From IMG/VR virus record IMGVR_UViG_3300033177_000258: a DNA stretch of 64,000 bases; one strand, 5' to 3'. Shown one piece after another: positions 49,093 to 58,508 of the stretch. Source of the stretch: a virus. Taxonomy: Duplodnaviria > Caudoviricetes. The notes below the pieces were generated by a model. That model saw only the letters and a list, made by a program, of their open reading frames with translations, ran no database searches and was not told the DNA's origin. The number at the start of each line of letters is the position of its first letter. Positions within the stretch are counted from its first letter, which is position 1. The position numbers and the translations under genes were made by a program.

Positions 49093-49168
49093 GGCCCTTA
49101 GCTCAGAAGAGTAGAGCAGCGTGCTCATAATACGCAGGCCGCTGGTTCGAGTCCAGCAGGGCCCACCA
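49092..49168 (+). tRNA. tRNA-Ile2(CAT) (Met not excluded)
   Basis: GGGCCCT acceptor and Ile2-like body; GCGTG-CTCATAA-TACGC. Confidence 0.85.
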
Positions 49169-49172
49169 TTGA

Positions 49173-49192
49173 GCCGGTATAACTCAGTAGGT
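49173..49192 (+). pseudogene. 5' stub of tRNA-Thr
   Basis: GCCGGTATAACTCAGTAGGT vs GCCGGTGTACCTCAGTAGGC at 49911. Confidence 0.8.
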
Positions 49193-49248
49193 GATACAGC
49201 CATTGCGGCCCCCACGGAGCAGTTTTTTGTCATTGAGTTACACAGCGC

Positions 49249-49258
49249 GGAATACTTC
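49249..49258 (+). promoter_or_regulatory. GGAATACTTC motif upstream of HNH
   Basis: GGAATACTTC-N5-GGTGATG-ACCA-ATG. Confidence 0.65.
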
Positions 49259-49274
49259 CGTTAGGTGATGACCA

Positions 49275-49928
49275 ATGCCAGATTGCTTGAAGTGTGGGGC
49301 CCATTTCCCTAACTGGGTTTCCATAGACGGAGTCAAGAAGAACTTGGCTTCCCGTAAGTATTGTCTCGACTGCTCTCCTTGGGGCGAACACAATACCAAG
49401 CCGCTGCACGGCAATACGGGACCCACATCTAAGATATACCAGGTTCCAGAAGAAGAGTTTAGGAAGATTGTTGCTAAGAGCCCGTCGTACTCAGCCGCCA
49501 TCCGCTCTATCGGGATGTTCCCGTACCCAGGGCACTACCGGACGCTGAAGCGACGCATAGCCGAGTGCGGCATAGATGTCAGCCACATGGTTGAGGGCCG
49601 AGCGCAGATTAGTAGAAGCATCTCGCGCGCTGCCGGCGCAAGACGGCGCCGGCCGATTTCCGACTACTTGGTTGAACATAGCTCTCTGCCGGGTGTCACG
49701 CTCAAGAAAAGACTCATTGCTGAGGGTTTCATAGAGGAGAAGTGCGACGAGTGCGGTATGGGCCCAGAGTGGAACGACAAGCCGCTCTCTCTCCATCTAG
49801 ACCACATCAACGGAGTGCACGACGACGCGCGCCCAGAGAATCTTAGACTACTTTGCCCCAATTGCCACTCGCAGACCGATACCTATGCGGGACGTAATAG
49901 GAAGAAAAGGGCCGGTGTACCTCAGTAG
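49275..49928 (+). CDS. HNH endonuclease with N-terminal zinc finger
   Basis: EWNDKPLSLHLDHING...ENLRLLCPNCHSQT; stop inside the tRNA-Thr D-loop. Confidence 0.92.
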   Translation: MPDCLKCGAHFPNWVSIDGVKKNLASRKYCLDCSPWGEHNTKPLHGNTGPTSKIYQVPEEEFRKIVAKSPSYSAAIRSIGMFPYPGHYRTLKRRIAECGIDVSHMVEGRAQISRSISRAAGARRRRPISDYLVEHSSLPGVTLKKRLIAEGFIEEKCDECGMGPEWNDKPLSLHLDHINGVHDDARPENLRLLCPNCHSQTDTYAGRNRKKRAGVPQ

Positions 49929-49986
49929 GCAGAGGAGGGCACTTGTAATGCTCGCGCCGCCCGTTCGAATCCCTCTGCCGGCTCCA
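49911..49986 (+). tRNA. tRNA-Thr(TGT) with mismatched T stem
   Basis: GCCGGTG/TGCCGGC, GGGCA-CTTGTAA-TGCTC, T stem GCCCG/CCCTC. Confidence 0.75.
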
Positions 49987-49997
49987 TCCGTTTCCTC

Positions 49998-50026
49998 TTG
50001 ACACCATTCTCCCTTATTGGTACCAT
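49998..50026 (+). promoter_or_regulatory. Sigma70-type promoter
   Basis: TTGACA-17-TACCAT with TGn extension. Confidence 0.75.
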
Positions 50027-50050
50027 GCCCCCAACGGAGAAACCCCACCA

Positions 50051-51829
50051 ATGCAGCTTGACCTCTTCGGAGAGAAGAAGCAACTCACCTATACTTTCAC
50101 CCACCACACCGTGGTGCTCAACCCGGTCGAGCCAGACCTCATCAAACTCACCGGGGGCCGCGTCACTGCTGCTGGTTTGGAAGTCCCCTACTTCCGCTGG
50201 CCCGAGGTCTCCAAAGCATTGGGCTTCGGGCTCCCCCAGGTAGACCAATTCCTTGGCGTCCTGAGCTCTGCTAAGCAGCAGGCGCCGGATGGTCTCAGCA
50301 TCCCCCAGACCCCCTTCTACCACCACCAGAAAGTCGGCATCAACTTCATGTACTCAGCCCTGTCGTCCATGGGCTATGTGGCCAACCACGACGAGCAGGG
50401 GCTGGGCAAGACCCTCCAGGCCATCGTGACGGCCGACATGGGCCGTGTGGCCTGGGGCGCCAGCAAGGTGTTGGTGCTGTGCCCGGCCTACCTGGTGCGC
50501 CAGTGGGCACGCGAAATCATCAAGTTCTCGTACAGCCCGGTGCTGGCTGTGCCGGGGGATTTCGAGGCTAAGCGCAAGGCGGAGTACCTGGGGACGCTGG
50601 GCTACATCACCAGCATGGACAACAAGCGCCGGCTGCGCTGGGAGAAGGGCGAACCCTACTTCGTTGTGATGGGCTACGACAGCCTGCGCAGCAAGCCGAT
50701 GCTGGCGGCCGCGCTGTCCCATACCTGGGACCTGGCCATCCTGGACGAAATCACCTGCGCCTACAACTACAAAACCCAGCGCGGCAAGGGTACCCGGTGG
50801 GTTCTGGGCCGAGCTCTCAAGCGCATCGGCCTGACGGGTACGCCCGTCATGAACCGCCCTATGGATGTTTGGTCGGAACTCGACCTGCTGTCGGGCATGG
50901 CCCCGCCTGAGCCCTGGTTCGTGGACCGCTACTGCGTGGTGCGCAAGACCAATGTGGAACTCAAGGGGCGGCAGGACGCAGACGGCAACCCGGTCAACAT
51001 TGACATCAGCTACATCAAGGGCTGGAAGAAGCGCAAGACGCCCGAGCTGGCTCCCGCCATCGAGCGCGTGAGCATCCGGCGCCGGCGCGCTGAGGCGACA
51101 GACCTGCCTCCCATCCAGTACCGGGTCTTGACGGTTGAGCTGGCCGACAAGCAGAAGTCTGCCTACAACAGCATCGCCGAGAGCGGCATGGCGGTGGTGG
51201 GGAACTGTCAGATAGACGCTACCAGCAGCGACCTGACGAAGCTGACGTACCTGCGCATCGCGGCCGATGGTCTGCAGCACTGGGGGGTTCGCGCCAGCGG
51301 CAAAGCCGACGCGGCCCTGGAAATGCTCAAGGACAGCGAAGGGACCCCGACGCTCGTCTTCACGGCGTTCGAGAAGCTGGCTCACGACATCTACGAGCGT
51401 GCCTGCAAAGAGGGTCTGCGCTGTGGCATAGCCACCGGGGAAGAGACGGCACAACAGCGCGACGAGGTGATGGTGGCGTTCCAGGACCGGCAGGAACTTG
51501 ACGTGGTGGTCACGACATACCAGGCCACCCAGTTCGGGCTCAACCTGCAGCGGGCGGAGCACGTCATCCTCTGCGGTATGATGTACAACCCGAAGATGAT
51601 GGAGCAGTCCATCACTCGCGCCCACCGTCTCGGCGGCTCCAGCAAGACGCTGGTGACCCTGCTGCTGTCGGAGGGCACCGTGGACGACCATATCTTCAAC
51701 AACATCATCGGGGACAAGGCCGAGCTCATTGAGACGCTCAAGGTGGCCGGAGACATCGAAGCCATGATGAAGCAAGAGCCGCAAGCCTACATCCCCGAGC
51801 CCAAACGGAAGCGAAAGACCAATGGGTGA
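50051..51829 (+). CDS. SNF2-family helicase
   Basis: DEQGLGKT, ILDE, LTGTP..N, GLNLQ, Q..RAHRLG. Confidence 0.92.
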   Translation: MQLDLFGEKKQLTYTFTHHTVVLNPVEPDLIKLTGGRVTAAGLEVPYFRWPEVSKALGFGLPQVDQFLGVLSSAKQQAPDGLSIPQTPFYHHQKVGINFMYSALSSMGYVANHDEQGLGKTLQAIVTADMGRVAWGASKVLVLCPAYLVRQWAREIIKFSYSPVLAVPGDFEAKRKAEYLGTLGYITSMDNKRRLRWEKGEPYFVVMGYDSLRSKPMLAAALSHTWDLAILDEITCAYNYKTQRGKGTRWVLGRALKRIGLTGTPVMNRPMDVWSELDLLSGMAPPEPWFVDRYCVVRKTNVELKGRQDADGNPVNIDISYIKGWKKRKTPELAPAIERVSIRRRRAEATDLPPIQYRVLTVELADKQKSAYNSIAESGMAVVGNCQIDATSSDLTKLTYLRIAADGLQHWGVRASGKADAALEMLKDSEGTPTLVFTAFEKLAHDIYERACKEGLRCGIATGEETAQQRDEVMVAFQDRQELDVVVTTYQATQFGLNLQRAEHVILCGMMYNPKMMEQSITRAHRLGGSSKTLVTLLLSEGTVDDHIFNNIIGDKAELIETLKVAGDIEAMMKQEPQAYIPEPKRKRKTNG

Positions 51830-51838
51830 CGCTGCCGC

Positions 51839-52790
51839 CTAAGCGGCTTCTCGCTTGCGCGAGCTACGTGCTGGGCGTCCCCCGGAACTACCTGGAGCGA
51901 TGACCCCAGGATACTTGTAGGTCCAGACGTTGGGCACGTCACAGCCTGGAACAAGCGCACCTTGACTCCCGATGCAGCGGATGTTGGCGGAGCCTACCAC
52001 GTCACGTGGGGCGGTGAAGCCACACTGCTTGCAACGGTAGGTCCGCTGGCACTTGTTCCTAGTTCCGCAAACGGGACACGTTTGGGAACTGTACGCCTCG
52101 CCTACGGTGATTGCTCCCGCAGTCTTGTAGTCGAGTTGCGTAATGAGCCTGCGGTTGCAGGCTTGCGATACTTGTTGGGTAGTCTTTCGAGACATCTTCT
52201 GGGACGCGTCATTGAACGGCTCACCGACGTAGCACTTGGCACCAGGGAAGGTGTCGGCGACGATGCGGGTGGCCTTGTGGGTGAGGTCTTTGACGCGATT
52301 CTCGCTCTTCTTCAGCAGCTTACGTTTACGGCGCTGGAGTCTGCCATACTGGCGAGAACCCCGGTGACAGTTCGACTGCTTGCCGCTGAGCGACGCGAGA
52401 CGCTTGTTGCGCCACTGGACCGTGGCTTTGAGTTCGCGGCCCGAGACGAGCACGGCAGTCTCGCCGTCTGTGGCGGCGAGGAGGGTGTTGACACCAAGGT
52501 CTATGCCGAGGGTGGGGCCGCCTGATTGCAGAGCCATTTCGCAGTCCCATATAAGCTCCAGTTTGCCGTAGGACAGGCGAGCCTCCATGAGGCGGCCAGC
52601 GGGCCATAGCATACGGCGCGGGATACGGATAAAGAGCGCCCCGGCACTTCCGTTAGGGAGCCTCAATTCGTAGCCGTTGATGTTGGTAACGGCTTGATTG
52701 GTGTAGATGATGTCGTGGAACTCGGGTTTGCGCCAAGGGTACTTGACTTCACGCCCATTGCGGCGCAGGGCGGCCGCAGCTCCAACAAAA
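51839..52790 (-). pseudogene. tnpB: 5'-truncated TnpB, copy 5 (third subfamily)
   Basis: GIDLG, EAYSSQTCP.C, RDVVGSANI; no recognisable N-terminus; right end GAAGCCGCTTAGGCGGCAGCGTCAC to 51826. Confidence 0.8.
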
Positions 52791-52805
52791 TAGGTGAGAT
52801 GCCCA

Positions 52806-53327
52806 ATGATGGATAATGTACCTGCCGATGTGGACCTGGTGGAGAGCGGCGCGACCTGCCCCATGTGTGGCCGAGCCACCCGCGTACTGCTTAGCTGTTC
52901 TCTCTGTGAGACGGAAGTGTGCGAGCTTTGCATGGTGGGGCACTCAGCCCGCCACGCTCTAGAGAGCGCGCAGAACCCGGTGCCGGCAGGCTACCTGGTG
53001 CCGCGCCCCATCTGGGCAGCCATGGTTCACAAGACCCACCCCGACGTGGTGGTATGTTCTTCAAGATTCTCTGCAGCACTTTCCCCCTTGCATGTTCTGG
53101 ACGGACCTGCTATTATGGGTGAGGTCGCAACGGGGGCATCCAAGCTGTACCAGGTGGCGACCATCGTTGCGCCTAACGTGGATGATGGGCCGGAGTTCAT
53201 TGGAGCCTGCGAAGTCATGGCCAGCGACACGTTCATCGTAACACGCACCGCAGAACCAATCGAAGGCTATACGCAACAACAGGAGCACGACGGATGGTTT
53301 CTTCTAAAGAGGGAGCTTGCCCCCTAA
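52806..53327 (+). CDS. Hypothetical protein with N-terminal zinc finger
   Basis: CPMC, CSLC, CELC..H. Confidence 0.55.
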   Translation: MMDNVPADVDLVESGATCPMCGRATRVLLSCSLCETEVCELCMVGHSARHALESAQNPVPAGYLVPRPIWAAMVHKTHPDVVVCSSRFSAALSPLHVLDGPAIMGEVATGASKLYQVATIVAPNVDDGPEFIGACEVMASDTFIVTRTAEPIEGYTQQQEHDGWFLLKRELAP

Positions 53328-54112
53328 CCGACGCCCAGCGGCTTGAGGTCTTCAGGCGCTATCACAAACCGCTTGTGGACTGGGCCAAACGCTTCCGTGG
53401 TGCCTCAATGGACATGGAAGACCGGGAGGCTGAGGCTCTCTGCGTGCTGTGGGAGTTCTCCGCACAGTACGACCCCAACCGCTCAGACACCTTCTTCGCT
53501 CTCTGCACCAAACCTCTCGGCGAGCGTCTCCTGAACGCCCCGCGCAACAACGAAATGGGCGAGAGCGCCCGACAACGGCGCTACGTTCGCCGCGCCATGG
53601 CTCTCCTTTCCGAGGAAGAGCTGGCGCTGCCCCTCGGCGAACTGGTCCCCATCCTGATGAAGAAGCTCAAGTGCGACAAGGACTCCGCGTTCTCCGTGTA
53701 CAACATCATCGTCTGCGGCAACGCGATGATGGGCGAGCTCGATGACGCTAAGGGCGTCGGCCAGCGAAATACGGAGACCGACCGCTACGTCGAGAACGAT
53801 TTTGCCGCGCTCTGCTTCACTGAGGCTCAGCGCCAGCTCTGCCGCTACAAAGGTCGCACCGACTGCCCTTACTGCAACGAAGCCGTCCGATACCAGTGCC
53901 CGTTCTTCTGCCTGCTCTACGCCATCGGGGCTGATGGTTGGTGGTGCGACGGCGACCGCAAGACAGGCGAGGGCATGGAGGCAACGCGCAAGGACGAGGA
54001 CGAAGCGGCGAAGCAGTTGGGACTGGACCCGGCCGCCTACCGGGCGATGGTCGCCAAGGCGCGTCGGGTCATGGGGGAAGTCCAGAGGGCGCTGGCAGGC
54101 GAGCAGATATAG
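53294..54112 (+). CDS. Divergent sigma70-family sigma factor
   Basis: Region 2-like 'LVDWAKRF..MDMED..EA...L......YDPNR..F'. Confidence 0.65.
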   Translation: MVSSKEGACPLTDAQRLEVFRRYHKPLVDWAKRFRGASMDMEDREAEALCVLWEFSAQYDPNRSDTFFALCTKPLGERLLNAPRNNEMGESARQRRYVRRAMALLSEEELALPLGELVPILMKKLKCDKDSAFSVYNIIVCGNAMMGELDDAKGVGQRNTETDRYVENDFAALCFTEAQRQLCRYKGRTDCPYCNEAVRYQCPFFCLLYAIGADGWWCDGDRKTGEGMEATRKDEDEAAKQLGLDPAAYRAMVAKARRVMGEVQRALAGEQI

Positions 54113-55283
54113 GCTGTTGCCTTACTGGCAACTCGCAGCTAGCCCAAGTACAGCAGCCGCCGCGTATGGCTGACCTATAGCAGCCCTGCGGCCGATTTCG
54201 ACCGCAGCGAAGTGGTCGGCCGGCCCAGCGAGACCGCACGACACACAGAGAAACTGGTCGCGAGTAGGACGGTTCGCCTTCGCGACATGACCACACCCAG
54301 GACAAGTCCGACTGGTGTTCCTGGGGTCTACCTTGACAAACGGCACGCCCGCCAAAGCAGCTTTGTACTCGACAAACGAGGCCAACTGCCAGAAGCCCCA
54401 AGAGTGAAGTGCGCGACGCTGTGCCTTGCGAACCGTTACCCGCTCGCGGATTCCCGTCAGGTCTTCTACGGAAATGCCACGCTCGGTGCCTTTGGCTTTC
54501 GCGACTACATGATTGGAGACTTCATGGTTGACGTGGCGCCCGAAACGACTCTCTCGTCCGCTTTGTTGCTTGAGCCGGCGCGTGGCCGACCTTGTGCCTT
54601 TGCTCTGGAGCCTGGCTCGCAATGACGCATGACGGCGGCGCAAGCCGTTGACTTCGGCCCCGCTGAAGTTCTCGCCATCGCTGTCGGTAGCTATGTTGAC
54701 GACGCCCATGTCTACGCCGAGCCAGTCTTTAGGCTGCCCGCGCGGTGGCTCTGGAATGTCAACGACGACGCACAGGTAGAAATGTCCATTGCGAAGTACG
54801 AGGTCCGCCTGGCCTCTGACGCCGTAAGCAGTGATGCGGTCGTGGGCGTAGCCATAGACAACCACCGGCATTTTGAGCCGGCCGGAGACTGACAAGATAG
54901 ACACTGTATCCAAGCTCCTGAACGAGAGGTTCCGTTGGTCGTAGACGACCGAGCCGTGGGGCTTGAACTTCGGTTGCTTCTTTTTGTCGCGCTTGAGAGC
55001 CTCGCAAACTTTCGCGATGGCGCGGACAGCAAGTTGGGCCGGCAAAGAGAACCGTTCTCGGGCTTCCTGGTAGGTAAGACGGTGCACGATATTGCGGTTG
55101 GCAGAGCCGTTCTCGTAGGCTACACCGGCAATCCAATTACACGCCGTATTGAACGACTCCATGGTATGGACCAGAGCCTGATGTTGGTCGGCTGACGGCG
55201 CGAGTTTTAGCTGCAATGTGGTGTTCATCGGGTAGAAGTATCCCGTGGTGTGCCGGGTTGTGTTTGAAGTTTTTCATCAAACG
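54109..55283 (-). mobile_element. tnpB-only element, copy 4
   Basis: Shares both ends with 20907..21969; no tnpA in the window. Confidence 0.8.
54122..55228 (-). CDS. tnpB: TnpB, copy 4 (intact)
   Basis: GVDMG, VEDL, ADHFAA; zinc finger. Confidence 0.93.
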   Translation of the reverse strand: MNTTLQLKLAPSADQHQALVHTMESFNTACNWIAGVAYENGSANRNIVHRLTYQEARERFSLPAQLAVRAIAKVCEALKRDKKKQPKFKPHGSVVYDQRNLSFRSLDTVSILSVSGRLKMPVVVYGYAHDRITAYGVRGQADLVLRNGHFYLCVVVDIPEPPRGQPKDWLGVDMGVVNIATDSDGENFSGAEVNGLRRRHASLRARLQSKGTRSATRRLKQQSGRESRFGRHVNHEVSNHVVAKAKGTERGISVEDLTGIRERVTVRKAQRRALHSWGFWQLASFVEYKAALAGVPFVKVDPRNTSRTCPGCGHVAKANRPTRDQFLCVSCGLAGPADHFAAVEIGRRAAIGQPYAAAAVLGLAASCQ

Positions 55284-55297
55284 ATTGGGGAAGTCGT

Positions 55298-55921
55298 ATG
55301 AAGTGGGTCGGGCTTGATTGGGATTGGGTCACGGGCGACTGTGCCCTGCTGCTTGACCATACCGTTGCCTGTGCCAGGATGTGTAGGTTCTGCGCCGGCA
55401 AGTTCGAGTTTGGGCGCGGCATCCGGGACCCGCAGGACGAAAGCTGGAAGCCCAAGCTGGAAGCCATCCGGGCCAAGCTGCACGAGTTGCGCATCATCCC
55501 TCCCATCATCATGCGGGACAGCCATGCCCAGATTCTGAGCCATGTTGAACGCGGGGATGTTGTTTACCACATTGACGAACACGACGACTGGCCCTGGCAC
55601 AAGTTCATGTACGACCTGGACTCGGAGGACGGCACAGACGACGGCATGAAGCGAGCCATTATGGAACACAGCCGTCTGGGTAGCCGCCGGCCCTGGTCTT
55701 ACCCAACCTGTGCTAATTGGCGCAGTATCGCCCTGCACAAGGGTGTAGACACCTTCCAGTCTGAGCCCTGCGAAATCCGGGATGGCTTGACCTGCCGCCT
55801 GTTCGTGTGTCGCTCTGCACCGTATACCTCGGCCGACCTTGACGGCAAGCTGCTCGAACTCGTGACGGGTCTCGGGCTTCCGATTGACCTCTACTTTGGA
55901 CCTGATGGTAGGAGAAGCTGA
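55298..55921 (+). CDS. Hypothetical protein, possibly UPF0489/arginase-like fold
   Basis: D.DW, DSH, HIDEHDD, RS..YT. Confidence 0.45.
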   Translation: MKWVGLDWDWVTGDCALLLDHTVACARMCRFCAGKFEFGRGIRDPQDESWKPKLEAIRAKLHELRIIPPIIMRDSHAQILSHVERGDVVYHIDEHDDWPWHKFMYDLDSEDGTDDGMKRAIMEHSRLGSRRPWSYPTCANWRSIALHKGVDTFQSEPCEIRDGLTCRLFVCRSAPYTSADLDGKLLELVTGLGLPIDLYFGPDGRRS

Positions 55922-56907
55922 TGCTTTACAAAATGTACAAGCCGAAGAACTTTGCCGACATGCTGGGCGACGCACCGGCTTTGGTGCACGCCATCGCCAA
56001 CCGCAAGCGCGCCGGCTACAACGTTCATGCGCTACTCTTCTACGGTCAGAAGGGGACGGGCAAGACTGCCTCGGCCCAGATACTGGCTCGGGCCCTGAAC
56101 TGCGAGAAATACGACGAGGCCATCGGCCCCTGCAACGCCTGCAACGGTTGTCGGCTCTCGGAGAACGAGCCCATACTCCACCAGTTCGACGCCGCCGCCA
56201 TGTCTGGCGCCGAGCAGGCGCGCGAGGCCACCGCGTCCATGCGCTCCATCCCATCGGGTCGGAATGTCACGTACATCTTCGATGAAGCGCACAACATGTC
56301 GGACAAGGCCAAGGACGTACTACTGCTCCCCATCGAGGACCCCCGCGACCGCTTGACCATCGTGCTCTGCACCACCGAACCTCAAGCCATCAAGGACACC
56401 ATCTTCAGCCGCTGTGCCCGCGTCGCGTTCCATGCTGTGCCGGCCGACCAACTCTCCGGCCTGGCCCGGCGCGTTCTGGCTGAGCAGGCGCCCGCCCTGC
56501 AGTACACCGACGCTGACATCGAGCGGGTCGTGACCCTATCGGGCGGCAGCCCCCGCGACCTGCTGTCGCTGCTGGAGACCCCCATCGCCGTGGGTTCCAT
56601 GAGCGCCGCCTTGAACAACCTGGGGACGCCTGTGGCTGATGACCTGCTCCGCAACCTGCGGACTGGCGACCTGATGGCGGCTGCCAAGCTGATGCGGGAC
56701 CGCCGCAATGAGTTCAGCAACCCCGTCCAGCAGTTGACCGAAATCTTCGGCAAGCTCGTGGACGAGTACGAACAGACCAAGGACCCTACCATCGGGCGCG
56801 GAGCCGATGCGCTGATGGAGGGGCTCGTGAAAGCCGGCCGCGTGGGCAACAAGGGGCTTGCCTCGTGGCTTATCCACTACGCGCTCCTGGGAGCCGCTAC
56901 GCGCTAA
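55921..56907 (+). CDS. dnaX: Clamp loader, DNA polymerase III gamma/tau
   Basis: Y.P.NF, G.GKT.SA, LNC..PCNAC.GC, DEAH, CTTE, SRC, GSPRD. Confidence 0.92.
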   Translation: MLYKMYKPKNFADMLGDAPALVHAIANRKRAGYNVHALLFYGQKGTGKTASAQILARALNCEKYDEAIGPCNACNGCRLSENEPILHQFDAAAMSGAEQAREATASMRSIPSGRNVTYIFDEAHNMSDKAKDVLLLPIEDPRDRLTIVLCTTEPQAIKDTIFSRCARVAFHAVPADQLSGLARRVLAEQAPALQYTDADIERVVTLSGGSPRDLLSLLETPIAVGSMSAALNNLGTPVADDLLRNLRTGDLMAAAKLMRDRRNEFSNPVQQLTEIFGKLVDEYEQTKDPTIGRGADALMEGLVKAGRVGNKGLASWLIHYALLGAATR

Positions 56908-57185
56908 TGTCTAGAGTACCCGAGTGGGAACCCAAGCGCCTGACGGCCTTTGAGAAGGCCCTCATCGCTACCGGCCGCGCCCACATCGCCTTCGACATGG
57001 TGATGAAGCGCTGTGACGTGGAAATCAGACTGCTATGCACCGAGACCCAAAAGGCAGTGGCTATCCGCACCGTGGCCACCCAGTGCATGAACAAGGTCGG
57101 TCTGTACCACAAGCTGGGCAAGTCTTGGGACGAAGCCCATGACGCGCTCTGCGACCTACTGAGGATGCCTCATGCCACCCGCTAA
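56907..57185 (+). CDS. Hypothetical protein
   Basis: Translationally coupled ORF. Confidence 0.6.
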   Translation: MSRVPEWEPKRLTAFEKALIATGRAHIAFDMVMKRCDVEIRLLCTETQKAVAIRTVATQCMNKVGLYHKLGKSWDEAHDALCDLLRMPHATR

Positions 57186-57807
57186 GGCCCGCTGCAAAAT
57201 CATCACAGGTGACCCCGCCGCCATCGAGGGCTACATCATCTTCCACGGTCTCATGCGAGTGGGGCCCGAGGAAGCTATGGAGCTGATGGTCTGCAACTTG
57301 GCACCACCCAACCTGGCTGTGGTGGGGTCATCCAAAGAGGTCGCGTCTGTGGGACGCCGGCGTCTCTCTCACATACCGCTGGTCCTGTGTTGCGCTAAGC
57401 CGGGGGACGAGCTCAAGAAGCTGGGCATGCTGGAAGAGCTCAAGAAGCCGAAGCCGGGGCCGGCCCTGGCGCAGAAGTGGCTCAAGAAGTACGGGCTCGA
57501 CAGCCGTTACGTGCCCTACCTGCAGCACCTGGACGAGCTCAACCTGAACGCCGCCATCCTCTCCGGGTTGGCCACCGGGCGCTTCGACATCGTGCCGCCC
57601 ATGCCCACCCCAGAGGCGTTCCACCAGGCCCTGCGCACCGGGACCCCGCTCCCTGACGGTTGGCAGAAGATGGAACACCTCTACTTTGCTCTGTCCTACT
57701 TCGACGGGCTCTCTCCGCGCGCGGCCCGCATCCTGAGCGTCGCCCCTGACCTGCCGCTTGACCTGCTGGGGGTCATGGCGACATATGTCCACAGAAGGTT
57801 CGGATAG
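57172..57807 (+). CDS. Hypothetical protein
   Basis: Collinear overlapping ORF. Confidence 0.6.
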   Translation: MPPAKARCKIITGDPAAIEGYIIFHGLMRVGPEEAMELMVCNLAPPNLAVVGSSKEVASVGRRRLSHIPLVLCCAKPGDELKKLGMLEELKKPKPGPALAQKWLKKYGLDSRYVPYLQHLDELNLNAAILSGLATGRFDIVPPMPTPEAFHQALRTGTPLPDGWQKMEHLYFALSYFDGLSPRAARILSVAPDLPLDLLGVMATYVHRRFG

Positions 57808-57809
57808 CC

Positions 57810-58382
57810 ATGTCTGCCGCATACCACTTCAAGACCCAACACCCGGCCATCCGCGAATGGGAGCAACGCTTCGCTCTACGCCTGGCCCAGATGGACATTC
57901 TCTTCGGATGTCTCAAGCTGCTGGCGGTTGACCACATAGATGACCGTGAGCTCAACAAAGCATACGGCGACCTGCTGGTCTGGTACCGCTCACTCAAAGA
58001 CACTCGGGTGGACTACATGGTGGCCGACCTGAAGTGCGACATCTGGGAGCTGCGCAACCGGGAGACCGGCAACCTGGCCATCGAGACCGGGACGACCTAC
58101 CCCGATGGCACCCACGTGCCTCGGAACCTCGACATGATGGTCTGGCACTGGCGTGCGCTGGATGACACGGTGTACCTCTACGTGCCGTCACGGTTGGACC
58201 TGACGGGTAAGCCTACCATTGACACCGTGAACAAAGACAATACCGGGCAGGAGCTCTACCGCTCCCACAATGCGCTGTACCCTGCAGCCCAACTCTGCGT
58301 CCCCCGCATCACTGGCTTCTTCGGGCAGTCTTGGGCTGGCGAGACCACGCGCCTCAAGGAAGAGACAAAGGACTGGGCCTGA
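57810..58382 (+). CDS. Hypothetical protein, possible PD-(D/E)xK fold
   Basis: 'GDL...DLKCD....TGNLAIE'. Confidence 0.45.
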   Translation: MSAAYHFKTQHPAIREWEQRFALRLAQMDILFGCLKLLAVDHIDDRELNKAYGDLLVWYRSLKDTRVDYMVADLKCDIWELRNRETGNLAIETGTTYPDGTHVPRNLDMMVWHWRALDDTVYLYVPSRLDLTGKPTIDTVNKDNTGQELYRSHNALYPAAQLCVPRITGFFGQSWAGETTRLKEETKDWA

Positions 58383-58508
58383 AATGAGCGATATAGTTGG
58401 AGAGCTTCTTCTGAGAGAGGCCGAACTGTATTCGCAGCAGGTGTTGGCAGGGAGTAAGCCGGTTGCTTCCATGCAGTTCCACTCTAGACATCTGGACGCG
58501 GTAACGGA

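Noticed and set aside
42138-49986. HNH genes as self-splicing tRNA introns
   Set aside because: The downstream tRNAs are full length rather than 3' halves, and no group I or II intron core is visible.
52791-52933. N-terminal extension of the tnpB5 ORF
   Set aside because: It overlaps a + strand gene and shows no TnpB-like sequence.
960-55228. TnpB genes as Cas12f with a CRISPR array
   Set aside because: No direct-repeat/spacer array or other cas gene was seen, and IS200/IS605-type right ends are present.
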